Below are positions 11,147 to 22,149 of a stretch of DNA of 64,000 bases, in pieces. This DNA is from Octopus sinensis (Eukaryota), in NCBI RefSeq assembly GCF_006345805.1, contig NC_042997.1:70990001-71054000 (forward strand), written 5' to 3'. The notes beneath the pieces are model-generated. The model saw only the letters and a program-made list of their open reading frames with translations. It did no database searches and had not been told where the DNA came from. Position numbers and translations under genes: made by a program. How positions within the stretch are numbered: position 1 is the first letter of the stretch; every line of letters begins with the position of its first letter.

Positions 11147-14125
11147 GTGATGACAATGGTGACTAACTTTTCTTTACCTTAGTTCATAAGAGACAAGGAT
11201 TTGTATAGAAACTCAGGTGGTAACAATGAAAACGAGGTTGGGCGTTTAAGGGAAGGTCTCTCGTTCAGCAGTGGTTCAGTAAAGGTGCAGACTAACTACA
11301 GCTGTTATCCTAAGACGGCATCAGCAAATAGTAGATAAAGGAGGAAATAGTGGACCAGTGAAGAAAACAGGATAAAGATGCAATGTTACTTAGAAAGGGA
11401 GGGGTTATAGAAAACGAATGTTAAGATTTTGGGTAGATATGGGTTTTTGAAAGTGACTGAGCAGAGACTAGCAGATCATGTTAATGCCATTAGGAGAAGA
11501 AAGTGGATGCGAGAATTTAAGATAGAAGAGATGACAACAGAAATGGAAAAGAAAGACAAGACAGTAGGAAAAATAAATAACATAAGGGAAACAATTCAAA
11601 CCAAGGAAGGACCTAATGGGAAGAATAGTAATAGCACTACCAACAATGAAGGGACAACTGGGACCAGCGAGTTAAGCGATTTAAGTGAAGAAGATCAGAA
11701 GATTTTACATGAATTGCAGGAAGCAATGAGTAAAGAATTAAGAAAAAGGTTGCCGGCATTAAAAGGTACCAACCGAAGGAAACTGCCAGATATGACTAGG
11801 AAAGTAGATTCTGTTATCATTAGGATAGATATTAAAAATATACGAGACACTAACTTATTTATCTATGAAGGAAGGGCAGTAGTTACTACAAGAATGGGTA
11901 TTCCATAAGGAAAGATTAGAAAAGACCAATGTGGAAAAGGAGTCAACAAAATGAAGTGAAATATTTCAGACAAGATCTGAGTAGAATAAAAGCCTGATAA
12001 GTGAAAGATACTTCGGCAAAGAGCGAGGATTTGGGACAGTCATAGAAAAGTTGAAACAGCGTATCATAACAATAGCTGGTAAGCTTTCCAGATATCAGAA
12101 AATATTAGATCAGTATTAACAGAATATATTATTTGAGACAGATCAGAGGAAATTTTATAGCAAAATAAATAGTGGAGAAGAAATTACTGAGGATGATAAA
12201 CGTAATGCAAAAGAAGCTAGAAAATTCTGAAGTAATATTTGGGATAAGCCAGTCGAACATAATGGAAGTACAGTATAGTTATACAAAGTTGGGAAGAAGT
12301 AGTGAGTTAGAAGTAGCCACTTCCAGTATTAACTAGTGCATTAATGAGTAAAGTGTAAGGGAAAATGCCGAATTGAAAGGGCCCAGGACCAGACTTAGTC
12401 CATGGGAGACTGAGTACACAACTTCGGAATTGCCCTAATGGACGAATAATACCAGATTGGATGACTAGAGGGAGAAAAGTATACCTTACAAAAAACAAAA
12501 GTAAGGGTAATACAGCTAGTAATTATAGACCAATCATTTGCTCATCATTTGTGTGGAAGGTGTTGACAGGAAAGCATTTACGAGCACCTTGACAGCCAGA
12601 ATTAACTTTCAGAAGAAAGGTAGTATAAAGAAGGCTAGAGGAACGCATGATCTACTATGCATAGACAAAGCAGTTCTAAATTAAGTAAAATCTAGAAAGA
12701 AAAATTTAACAATGACATGGATAGATTATCCGAACTCATGGATAAGTGAATGTTTGAGTATATTGAATATTGCAAACATTAGAGAATTAATTAGCTTCAG
12801 CATGAAGAAATGGCAAGTAGATCTCAGTTCCGGTGACACAGTTTTAGGGAAAGTTAATATCAAGTGAGAGGATTGCTCCAAGGAAACAATATTTGTCTTA
12901 CGTTTGATCCCCCTCACTTTATCATTAATGAACACAAAGGTAGGGTATCAGTTCAAAAATAGTAAAGGGAAAATTAATAAGAATGAAAAAGAGATAGACT
13001 CCTTAATACAGACTGTTGGTCTCTTCAGCAAAGATATAGGCATGGAATTTGGCTTAGATAAGTGTCCAATGATAGTAATGAAAAGGGGACAGCTAGTGAA
13101 TAGTGACGGCATCCAGCTACCAGCTGACTAGACATTAAAAGGAGATAGTTATAAGTATCTAGGAGTATGAGAATGTGACACCGTACTGACTAAAGAAATG
13201 AAAACGGAAATTGATAGGGGGTACATCAGAAGGGTACATCTAGAGTAGACATAGGCTCCTATGTAGGTAATAGTGAAGAAAGTTTAAGAGCTGCTAGAGT
13301 CACAGCAAGACAAGGAAACCAGAAAGCTGAACGAAGTTAAAAACCCAGAAAAAAGAACAAAAGTTATCTTACTGGTAGAAGGCTTTTTATTGTACATTCC
13401 CAAGGATACTTCTAGCAAATAGTAGTGAGAGATGGTTATGATTGCATAACGGAAGTCTAAAAAGGGAGTCAGTAAATTATTAAGAGCAGCATAAGATCAA
13501 GCGTTAAGGACTAATTGGATAAAAGCCAAGATAGACAAAAACCAAATATATTTCCAATGTAGGTTATGCAAATCAAAAGAGGAAAGTGTGACGCATATTG
13601 TAAGTGGATGTAGTATGCTGGCATAGAAAGAGTATAAGAAAAGACCTGACAATCCAGGGAGAGTAATCTACTGGGTGTTTTGTAGAAGGCTAAGATTTGA
13701 ACATACTGATAAATGATATGTACATGAACCTTGTAAAATGCTAGATAGTAAGAAATATAAGATATTGTCGAACTTTAACATTCAGACTTGCGGAGTAATA
13801 GAAGCTAGTAAGCCTGATTTAGTTGTAGTGGTTAAAGAGAATAGAAAATACCAGATACTTGACTTTACAGAGGTATAGACTTTATGAGAGGTATAGAGAA
13901 AATAGCAAAGTAGCAATTGAATTACAGGGACAATGGTAAGAGCAGGAAAATGTATTCCTATAGTTACAGTTGAATTAGGAACTATCGATAAAGATTTGAA
14001 AAGATGGATAGAGGAAATAGGCATAAAACTCTGTTTAGTACAACTCCAGAAAACAGTGTTACTTGCTGTAGCCCGATGTTAGGAATTTTTGTTTTCCAAC
14101 AGTCAAATCTGTTGTGCGTATATAA
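11147..14125 (+). mobile_element. R4/Dong-like RLE non-LTR retrotransposon, lineage A, near full length, decayed
   Basis: Translated relics: QRLADHVNAIRRRKW; NYRPIIC (RT1-2); NLTMTWIDY; GMEFGLDKC; YKYLGV; CRLCKSKEESVTHIVSGC (CCHC knuckle); KPDLVVV (RLE). Ends in a long (AAT)n at 14126-14264. Confidence 0.9.
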
Positions 14126-14143
14126 ATAATAATAATAATAATA

Positions 14144-14239
<96 letters not shown>

Positions 14240-14264
14240 CAAGAACAACAATAATAATAATAAT
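14126..14264. repeat. (AAT)n microsatellite
   Basis: Read directly; source of the poly-Ile/poly-Tyr ORFs in the track. Confidence 0.98.
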
Positions 14265-14713
14265 AAAAGCCCTGATGCAGTACTAAAAGCTCTGATGCAG
14301 TACCAAAAGCACTGATGCAGTACCATAAAAGCCCTGATGCAGTATAAAAGCCCTGATACAGTACCAGGCAGTGGCTCTGATGGCTTCTCATTGTTTTGCC
14401 TTGGTATAAGAGATGGGCTACAGCAAATATTCTGCTCAATACCACAGAATTGCTTGTCCGTTGTTTGACCTTAATCAGTTGACCATGTCCCATAGTGGCT
14501 GACGATATGTGCATTTCTGATCCCGAGCAGAAGTAATGAGGTGGGGGCATCATAGTCATGTGTTGAGAGGGATTCTTTGGGGTTTGAATAATTCACCTCT
14601 GGAAACATGGGTGGTTCGTTCAATATCCTTAAACAATTCTTATTCATGGACCTTTTGAGCGGGGTTAGCAAGGTGATGCACTGTTTATCTTGATATGAGA
14701 TTACCGTGTCGCA
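14265..14713. mobile_element. Non-coding (AAT)n-associated element X, copy 1 (right end missing)
   Basis: Colinear with 21568-22010: ccctgatgcagtacca...gatgggctacagcaaatattctgctcaataccacaga...atcttgatatgagat...gtcgc. Preceded by five ~20 bp repeats of its first bases. Confidence 0.85.
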
Positions 14714-15294
14714 AAGAAGGAATATATTCACAGACAAAACAGAGATGGGACCTACATACACTGGAAGCAATGCCAGCATTATGGAATAACAACAGAAAAA
14801 TGATGGTATAGGCACACCCCAGAAAAGGTCACAGAAAACAAGAAAGCAAGCGTACTCTAGGATATGCCAATACACACAGATAGAGAAATTAAGGTCAATA
14901 GGCCAGATATAGATGTCAGAGATCATGAAAAAAAAATGCTTTCTAATTGATGTATCAATACCAGCAAATGACAACGTTTCTCTAAAAGAAATGGAGAAAA
15001 TTTCAAAATAGAAAGACTTGGAAATAGAGGTAACTCGAATGTGGAATCTAAAAACAGAAACAACTCCTATCATTGTAGGCGCATTAGGTATGATAAAAAA
15101 TATTCAGACAAATACATAAAAAAAAACACCAGGACTTACAAATATATATAACATACAGAAAATTGCACTACTGGGCACTGCACACATCCTACGCAGAACA
15201 CTTTCAATACAGTAACCATAAGAGCATCGCAGCAATCCACAGCACATACCCAAGGCACACATAGTGAAAGCACACTATAAAAATAAAACTACCG
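14711..15294 (+). mobile_element. R4/Dong-like element lineage B, 3' fragment (RLE domain and 3' UTR)
   Basis: KKEYIHR...YIHWK; ENKKASVL*DMPIHTDREIKVNRPDI; CFLIDVSIP; KDLEIEVTRMWNLKT; PIIVGALG; QKIALLGTAHILRRTLSIQ*. Followed by (AAT)n at 15297-15348. Confidence 0.9.
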
Positions 15295-15298
15295 AGTA

Positions 15299-15349
<51 letters not shown>

Positions 15350-15966
15350 TTATTGTATTACGTATTTTTGTTACAGAGTAAGCATCTTTCAGAATACACC
15401 AGTTCTTCTATTGGACCTTTTTAAAAGCTTGAATTCTTTCTTTTACTTTTTGTCCTGTGTTCTTAGCAGCAACGAAACACGTTAATAATGTTGGTGTTTA
15501 TGATGTTTAACATATGGCATATATAAAATTAAAATGCCTGTGAAGGCCTATCGGATACTAGAAGAAACTTCACAGTTATGAGCAAAATAACTGATTTACA
15601 TACTATCAATGAAAATCCTATATCTAAGAAATCAGTGTCTATATGTTCTCGCTAACAAGCTTCTAACCCTTACGAAAATACACACAGAGGCACGAAAACA
15701 CTCATACTAATTTTATGTATGCTTGTGCATCTGTGTTTGTGTGTATGTCCTTATGTGTGTATGCACGCGTGAATTTAACTGAGAACGTGTATATATGCGC
15801 AAAGTATATGGCTTACAAATGAATATTTATGTGTAAAATGTAAATATCTATATTCACATTCGTGTGTTTGTGTGTAGGTGTGTGTATGTGTGTGTGTGCG
15901 TGTGTGTGTGCATTGGTATTTTTTGTGGGTAGATCTATTTAGTATGGGATTGGTAGAATAAATAAA

Positions 15967-16920
15967 AGACAAAGAACTATTGTTAAATACGGTGTCGTAG
16001 CACAATTTCCAGCACTACATACATGGTATAAGTAGCTAAAATAGGAGAATGGAATGAGAGAAAAAGCGAGAGAAGGCAAGAATGAAGTAGATATAAAATA
16101 TGGAATGTTGAAAAACCGGAAAACGAGAAAGAAAACAGATAGGAGCAAAAAGGGAAAATTATCGTTATTTCCCCTTAGACTGTAAAATATAAGCTGAAAA
16201 AATAGTGGCTGAGAGTCTGTTGAACATGGAGAGGGTGGCATTTTTCAGTTCGTCAACAGGAATTTAACCATATGCTTACAACCGCTGAAAATCTCGGTTC
16301 TAGAACTCAACAGTCCTTAAATCTGAAAAAGATCTCTGTTCTGTCAGTTACGCATAGAGGTAGGGCTATATGAATGCGAATTCATAAATCATTATGCTAA
16401 TCTCATATCTTGCTTCCATCACAGATGCAAAACTAAATCTGCTATGTTGGCTAGGCACGTTTGGGGCTTGAAGCCAAATGCCACATCACATACGATAAAT
16501 GGGAAAATAATCGAAAATTTCACACCATAATGTTAACGGATCAAAAAGTCTAAGCTTTGGGTAGCTGAAAGAATTCAGGTCCTTTTCAGATCTCTAACAC
16601 ACTACTCAATTCTACAATCGAAATTTTCAGCAGTTGTAAGCATATGACGAATTGGAAAGTGTCACCCTCTCCGGATTGAACAGCTGTACTAAAGTCTCTA
16701 AGCCACTATCTTTTCAGCCTTAAATTTTACAGTCTAAGGCGAAATAATTCTAATTCCCCGTTGTGCTTCTTTCTGGATTGTCTTTTGTTTTCCAAGTTTT
16801 CAACTTTCCCCCTTTTATATCTACTTCTCTCTCACCTGTTCTCGCTTTATCTTTATTGTTATGCCATATGAGCAGTGCCTGAGGACTGCTAGGACACCAG
16901 ATATTTTAAAAAGTACTGTC
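15967..16920. mobile_element. Old fold-back/MITE-like element with ~400 bp diverged inverted arms
   Basis: Exact anchors: ccttagactgtaaaat (16173-16188) / attttacagtctaagg (16724-16739), and catatgcttacaac (16269-16282) / gttgtaagcatatg (16633-16646). Similarity continues outward at lower identity. Termini are not clear. Confidence 0.7.
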
Positions 16921-18510
16921 TGGCATGCTATCAGCACATGAAACTAATAGCAGCATATAAAATCATATATTGTGTCTATTAAATATTTATCTCTCGCCAG
17001 ATCGAGTCATTAATCTGATATATATATGTGTGAGTGTGTGTGTGTATGTATGTGTGTGTGTGTGTTCACATACACACGCACACGCACCATACATACGCGT
17101 GAACACACATACACATAGTTATATACACAAATATTTATATATATCTAGAGACAGAGAGAAAGTGGGATAAATAGATAGATAGATAAATCTGTGTGGGTGT
17201 GGGTGAGGAGGGTGTTTATGCGAGTGTGTACTTACTGATAAATATATTGTGAATAAAGACACTCGTATCTTTGTCTGAATGTATATGTCCATGCGGCTGG
17301 ATATTGGTATGTGAGTGTTCGTGTTTGTGTACGTATATATCAGTGTGTGTGTGCGTGTGTTTGTATATATATGTGTGCACGCGTGTGTATATGTGTGTGT
17401 ATGTGTCTGTGCATGCATGTGCTTGTGAATTTGCACGAAGGTGTCACGTTTTGTTATTTCTGTTATATTGGCCGTTGTTATATAGCTGCTCGTTGAGGTT
17501 TTTCCAAACGATGTTAACAGCAATGATATCATTGCCAGTGACGACAATGCAATGTTGATCGTGTCAGTAGTAATAACAGGGTAGAAGAGATATATATGTT
17601 AGATAGTGAAAGAGAGAGAGAGAGCAAGAGAGAGACAGACAGACAGACAGGTACTCAGACATATAGACAGAGACATAGAGCAGAGGATATAGAGGTAAGG
17701 TATTAACTAACCCAGTTGCCCACTCATGGAAGTCAACATGACAGTTATGTATCTAATGTTTGACAGTTAATATATTTATGTTGACTTGGAATGACTTTAA
17801 AAGTTGAGCTTCATAGACGTGTTTTGTTTATAAACGAGAGAATGTGTATTCAACGATTATGTAGCAGGTATATTTATTAGAAATGTGTCGATGGTTCACA
17901 ACCATACTTCTCAGAGTAAAACGTCTCAGGTGTTGGTTCAATCAATGTTGAAACAAAATGAAATGAACTAGGACGACAGATGTATTGCCTGAACAACAGT
18001 TAGGTTGATTATATTGGTTGAAAACGGTCACTCACACGTCAGATCTCAGTTCTTTTATCCTACAATGCAGCAGCTAGTACCGTCAACAACAAACTCATCT
18101 GTACATCTACAACATTGCCTAACAGTATACCATTTTCAACTTAATTACTATCATACCAAAACAGATTTTCTTCCCAATCATTTAATTCAGTTTCATAGCT
18201 GCTTGAACGAGCGTATGACACGTGAAGTTCTGAACGCATGTGAGTGAATCATCCCCTGATTCTTATTATACATAAATTCTATATCATATATAAATTTTAT
18301 GCTTTCCTTTATAAAGAATTGAAGAGGGGGTAGTCTTTACTCATTCAAGTACATAGGCATGTCAATCAAAAAGGTTAAAATGATATATATCATTGCATAT
18401 GCAAGTGTATGATGTAGAAACGAATTTAGTACGAAGAATGGGGAAACTCAAATACTCAGGTAGGTGGTAATTTTCAACGCAACAACAACAATAGCAATAA
18501 TAATAATGAT

Positions 18511-18942
18511 AGCCATTGAGTTACAGTGACTATAGAAAGTATGGCTAAAATGTATCCATGTAGTCATAAGTGCATTTGGAACTATCTCTATAGATTTGAA
18601 CAGATGCATAGATGAAAGAGGCATAAAACCTAGTTTTAATACAGCTCCAAAAAACACTGTTATTAGGGACAGCTAGAATACTTAAATTTCTTAGCATATC
18701 AGGTTACTTGTTGTAGTCCGATGTAGTCCATGTAGTCATAAGTGCATTAGGAACTATCTCTATAGATTTGAACAGATGCATAGATGAAAGAGGCATAAAA
18801 CCTAGTTTTAATACAGCTCCAAAAAACACTGTTATTAGGGACAGCTAGAATACTTAAATTTCTTAGCATATCAGGTTACTTGTTGTAGTCCGATGTTAGG
18901 TGTTTTTATTTTCCAACAGTCTAATCTGATGCACGTACATGA
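18511..18942 (+). mobile_element. R4/Dong-like lineage A, 3' fragment with a 172 bp tandem duplication
   Basis: Aligns to 13915-14125 (gttacttg...ccgatgttagg...ttccaacagtc). Units start at 18555 and 18727. Flanked by AAT/AAC repeats. Confidence 0.88.
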
Positions 18943-19044
18943 AACAACCACCACAACAACATCAATAATAATAATAATAATAATAATTATAATAATGATG
19001 ATAATGATGATGATGATGTTGATGATAACAATAACAATAACAAC

Positions 19045-19125
<81 letters not shown>

Positions 19126-19130
<5 letters not shown>

Positions 19131-19213
19131 CATGAACTTCCAATTTGTCTCTTGAGGTCTCTGGGTGAGACTTGGAGCCAACTTGTACAAATGTAAAGCA
19201 AAAGTCAAACATA
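19126..19213 (+). mobile_element. R4/Dong-like lineage C, 3'-terminal ~88 bp only
   Basis: gaacttcca...tgtctcttgaggtctctgggtgagacttggagccaacttgtaca...aaagcaaaagtcaaacata matches 26720-26810. Embedded in (AAT)n on both sides. Confidence 0.92.
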
Positions 19214-19229
19214 AAATATAATAATAATA

Positions 19230-19287
<58 letters not shown>

Positions 19288-21368
19288 TTTTCATGAATAT
19301 GAGAAGGGTAGATAGGAGTATGATAACTAAAGTTACACAAAATATAAATACTATCTAACAGACGAAGGACATAACACAAACAAGGAATCTTTTCCGAGCC
19401 TTTGCGCTACTTGTTGAGGAGAAATTACAACTTGGAGCAAAAGAATCATGGTGGAAAGGACGCGCTGAAAGGGACATAATGCGGGCAAAGCAAGATCTAG
19501 AGAAAATTGAGCAATGCTTATGAGGAAACTGGAAAAATGACCGACCGAGTAAAATTAGAGGAGAAATATAAAATACGAAAGAACGGGTTTGATTCAGTAA
19601 TAGAGCAGTTAAACAGAGTATCATGGCAAAAAGCCAGAAGATCAGACGATTTGTAAATAGAAATAAGCGGTTCGAGGAGAACAAATTGTTCAAATATCAT
19701 CATCATCATCATTGTTCGACCGTGGTTCAAATATAACCCAAGCAATTCTTCCGAACGTTAGAAGGAGACAGTCGGGAAAATTTTGCTCTTGATGCAAATC
19801 AAGCAAAGGAGTTCTGGAACGGATTATGGGGAAACAATGTGGTTCATAAAAGGGATGCAAAATGGCTAGGAACTATCAAGAGAGAATTAAAAGGAGAGAA
19901 ACAAAGGAATATTGTCATAAGCACGGGTGACGTGAAAGAAGAAGTTGGTAAAGTGCCTAAATGAAAAGCTCCCCCCGTACCAGATGGGATTCATGGCTTC
20001 TGGCTGAAGAGATGCCACGTGGTGTATAAAAGACTAGCATCCCAATTGATTGTGTCCGGAAAGGTACAGTTCCCGCGTGGTTTGTGACTAGGAGGACAAC
20101 ACTTGTAATGAAAGATAGAAGAAAGGAGAATATTGTGGGAAACTACCGTCCCCTAAACATGATCTGAAAGGTACTCACTGGAATATGTGCAGCAAAGAAA
20201 TGCACTTTCCTGGCACAGGAAGAAATGCTACCAAGGGAACAAATGGATGAGGAAGAGTTGTCAGGGTACCAAGGATCATCTGGTCATCGATACAACAGTT
20301 TTGCGGTATTGTAAAAAGCATCATACAAACATGTCTATGGCTTGGATTGACTTTAAGCGGGCATATGATATGATGCCACACTCTTAGATCGTGGAATGCC
20401 TGCAGATGTTTGGTGTTGCTGACAACATCACAAACTTTCTGATGCATAGCATGAAAGAGTGGAAAATCAAATTGTACTCAAGTAATGTATTACTTGAAGA
20501 AGTTAATATTAAAAGGGTGCCTCGTTTTCTCCGTTACCTTTTGTAATTTCACTAGTACCCATAAGAATGACACTTAGGAAAGTTAAGCTGGGTTACCGAT
20601 CTGGAAAGAAACGCCCATCATTGAACCCTTTTCTGTATATGGATGATCTGAAATTATTTGGGAAATCTGAAAAACAGGTAGATTCCGTAAACAAAACAAT
20701 CCAGAAGTGTGGTAAGGTCATCGGTATGGAATCTGGGATTACCAGATGCTCAGTACTTAATATGAAAAGAGGGAAGAAAGCAGCCTGCAGAGGATTGCGG
20801 CTACCACCAGGATAGACCATAGGTGAACCCTGGGTATAGATATTTTATATCTGGGTATAATGATTTTAGAGCTGAATGACATTTTACAGAGAAATGAAAA
20901 TCAAGGTCAGCGAGGCGTCTCATAAGAGGATGAAAAATAGCCTGAATACCAAAAATTTTATTACCATAATGAATATCTGAGCAGTTGCGGTGGTCAGATA
21001 TAGTGAATCCATCCTCAAATGGCTTTATTGAATAAGAGAGACAACTACTGTCAATTCATTGATGTAGTCATACCAAATGACATGAATGTTGTGAGTAAAG
21101 AGGTTGAAAAAGTCAACACGTACGGAATGTACGTGTATGGAATGCGAGAGGCTAATGTAAAAAGGATATCAGTGGTAATCGAGCATTGGTCTCAATCCCA
21201 TTGAAACTTCAAGACTTCTTAAGGCAACTAGAAATCCCATGCAAAAAAGCAGCCTTATTGAGCACAGCGCACATCTTAAGCAAAGTATTATCTGTCTGAG
21301 GTCGTTGTTGTGACTTGAAAGATGACTAAAGACTCCGATGCATTTTTACTTACACTGTGTTACGAAAG
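19288..21368 (+). mobile_element. R4/Dong-like RLE non-LTR retrotransposon, lineage D, 5'-truncated and internally deleted
   Basis: PDGIHGFWLK; GNYRP; GTKDHLVID; NMSMAWIDFKRAYDMMPHS; LYMDDLKLFGKSE; IDVVIP; KAALLSTAHILSKVLSV*. (AAT)n on both flanks. Confidence 0.9.
19698..19724 (-). mobile_element. 27 bp retro-insertion with a 10 bp TSD
   Basis: gttcaaatat (19688-19697) [catcatcatcatcattgttcgaccgtg] gttcaaatat (19725-19734). On the minus strand it ends in an (ATG)n tail. Confidence 0.8.
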
Positions 21369-21406
21369 AATAATAATAATAATAATATAATAATATAATA
21401 ATAATA

Positions 21407-21440
<34 letters not shown>

Positions 21441-21500
21441 TTAATAATAATAATAATAATAATATAATATAATAATAATAATAATAATAATAATATCATC

Positions 21501-21567
<67 letters not shown>

Positions 21568-22119
21568 CCCTGATGCAGTACCAGACAGTGACTCCCATGG
21601 CTTCTGATCTTAACTGATTGGAAGTGTTATCATGTACATTTTTTTGTTTTGGTATAAAAGATGGGCTACAACAAATATTCTGCTCAATACCACAGATTTG
21701 CTTGTCAGTTGTTTGATCTTAACCAGTTGACCATGTCCTTTAGTGGCTGACGATATGTGCATCTCTGATCACGAGCAGAAGTAGTGGGGAGTATCATAGC
21801 CGTGTGTAGAAAGGAATTCTTAGAGGTTTGGATAATTCACCTCTGGAAACATGAGTGGTTCGTTCAACATCCTTAAACAATCCTTATTCAGGGACATTTT
21901 GAATGGGATAGGGTACTCGACCAGAAGAAAATTCTAACTGGGCCCCACCTGCAAGGTCATGCGCTGTTTATCTTGATATGAGATCACCATGTCGCGCACA
22001 TATGGTTGTGATGCATGCCCCTGGTGTACCCTTATCAGACGGGTAGTCATGATGGGTATACTGGGCTTCGTATATTTTACCCCAGTGTCACTTTGATGGC
22101 ATGCACTACTCTCTCACTC
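21568..22119. mobile_element. Non-coding (AAT)n-flanked element X, complete ~550 bp copy
   Basis: Begins ccctgatgcagtacca directly after (AAT)n and ends gcatgcactactctctcactc|aataataat. Same left end as the copy at 14265. Confidence 0.85.
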
Positions 22120-22149
22120 AATAATAATAGTAATACTCAAGTGCAATAC

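Noticed and set aside
14265-14365. CRISPR-like short repeats
   Set aside because: The repeats are contiguous without unique spacers, the context is eukaryotic and there are no cas genes.
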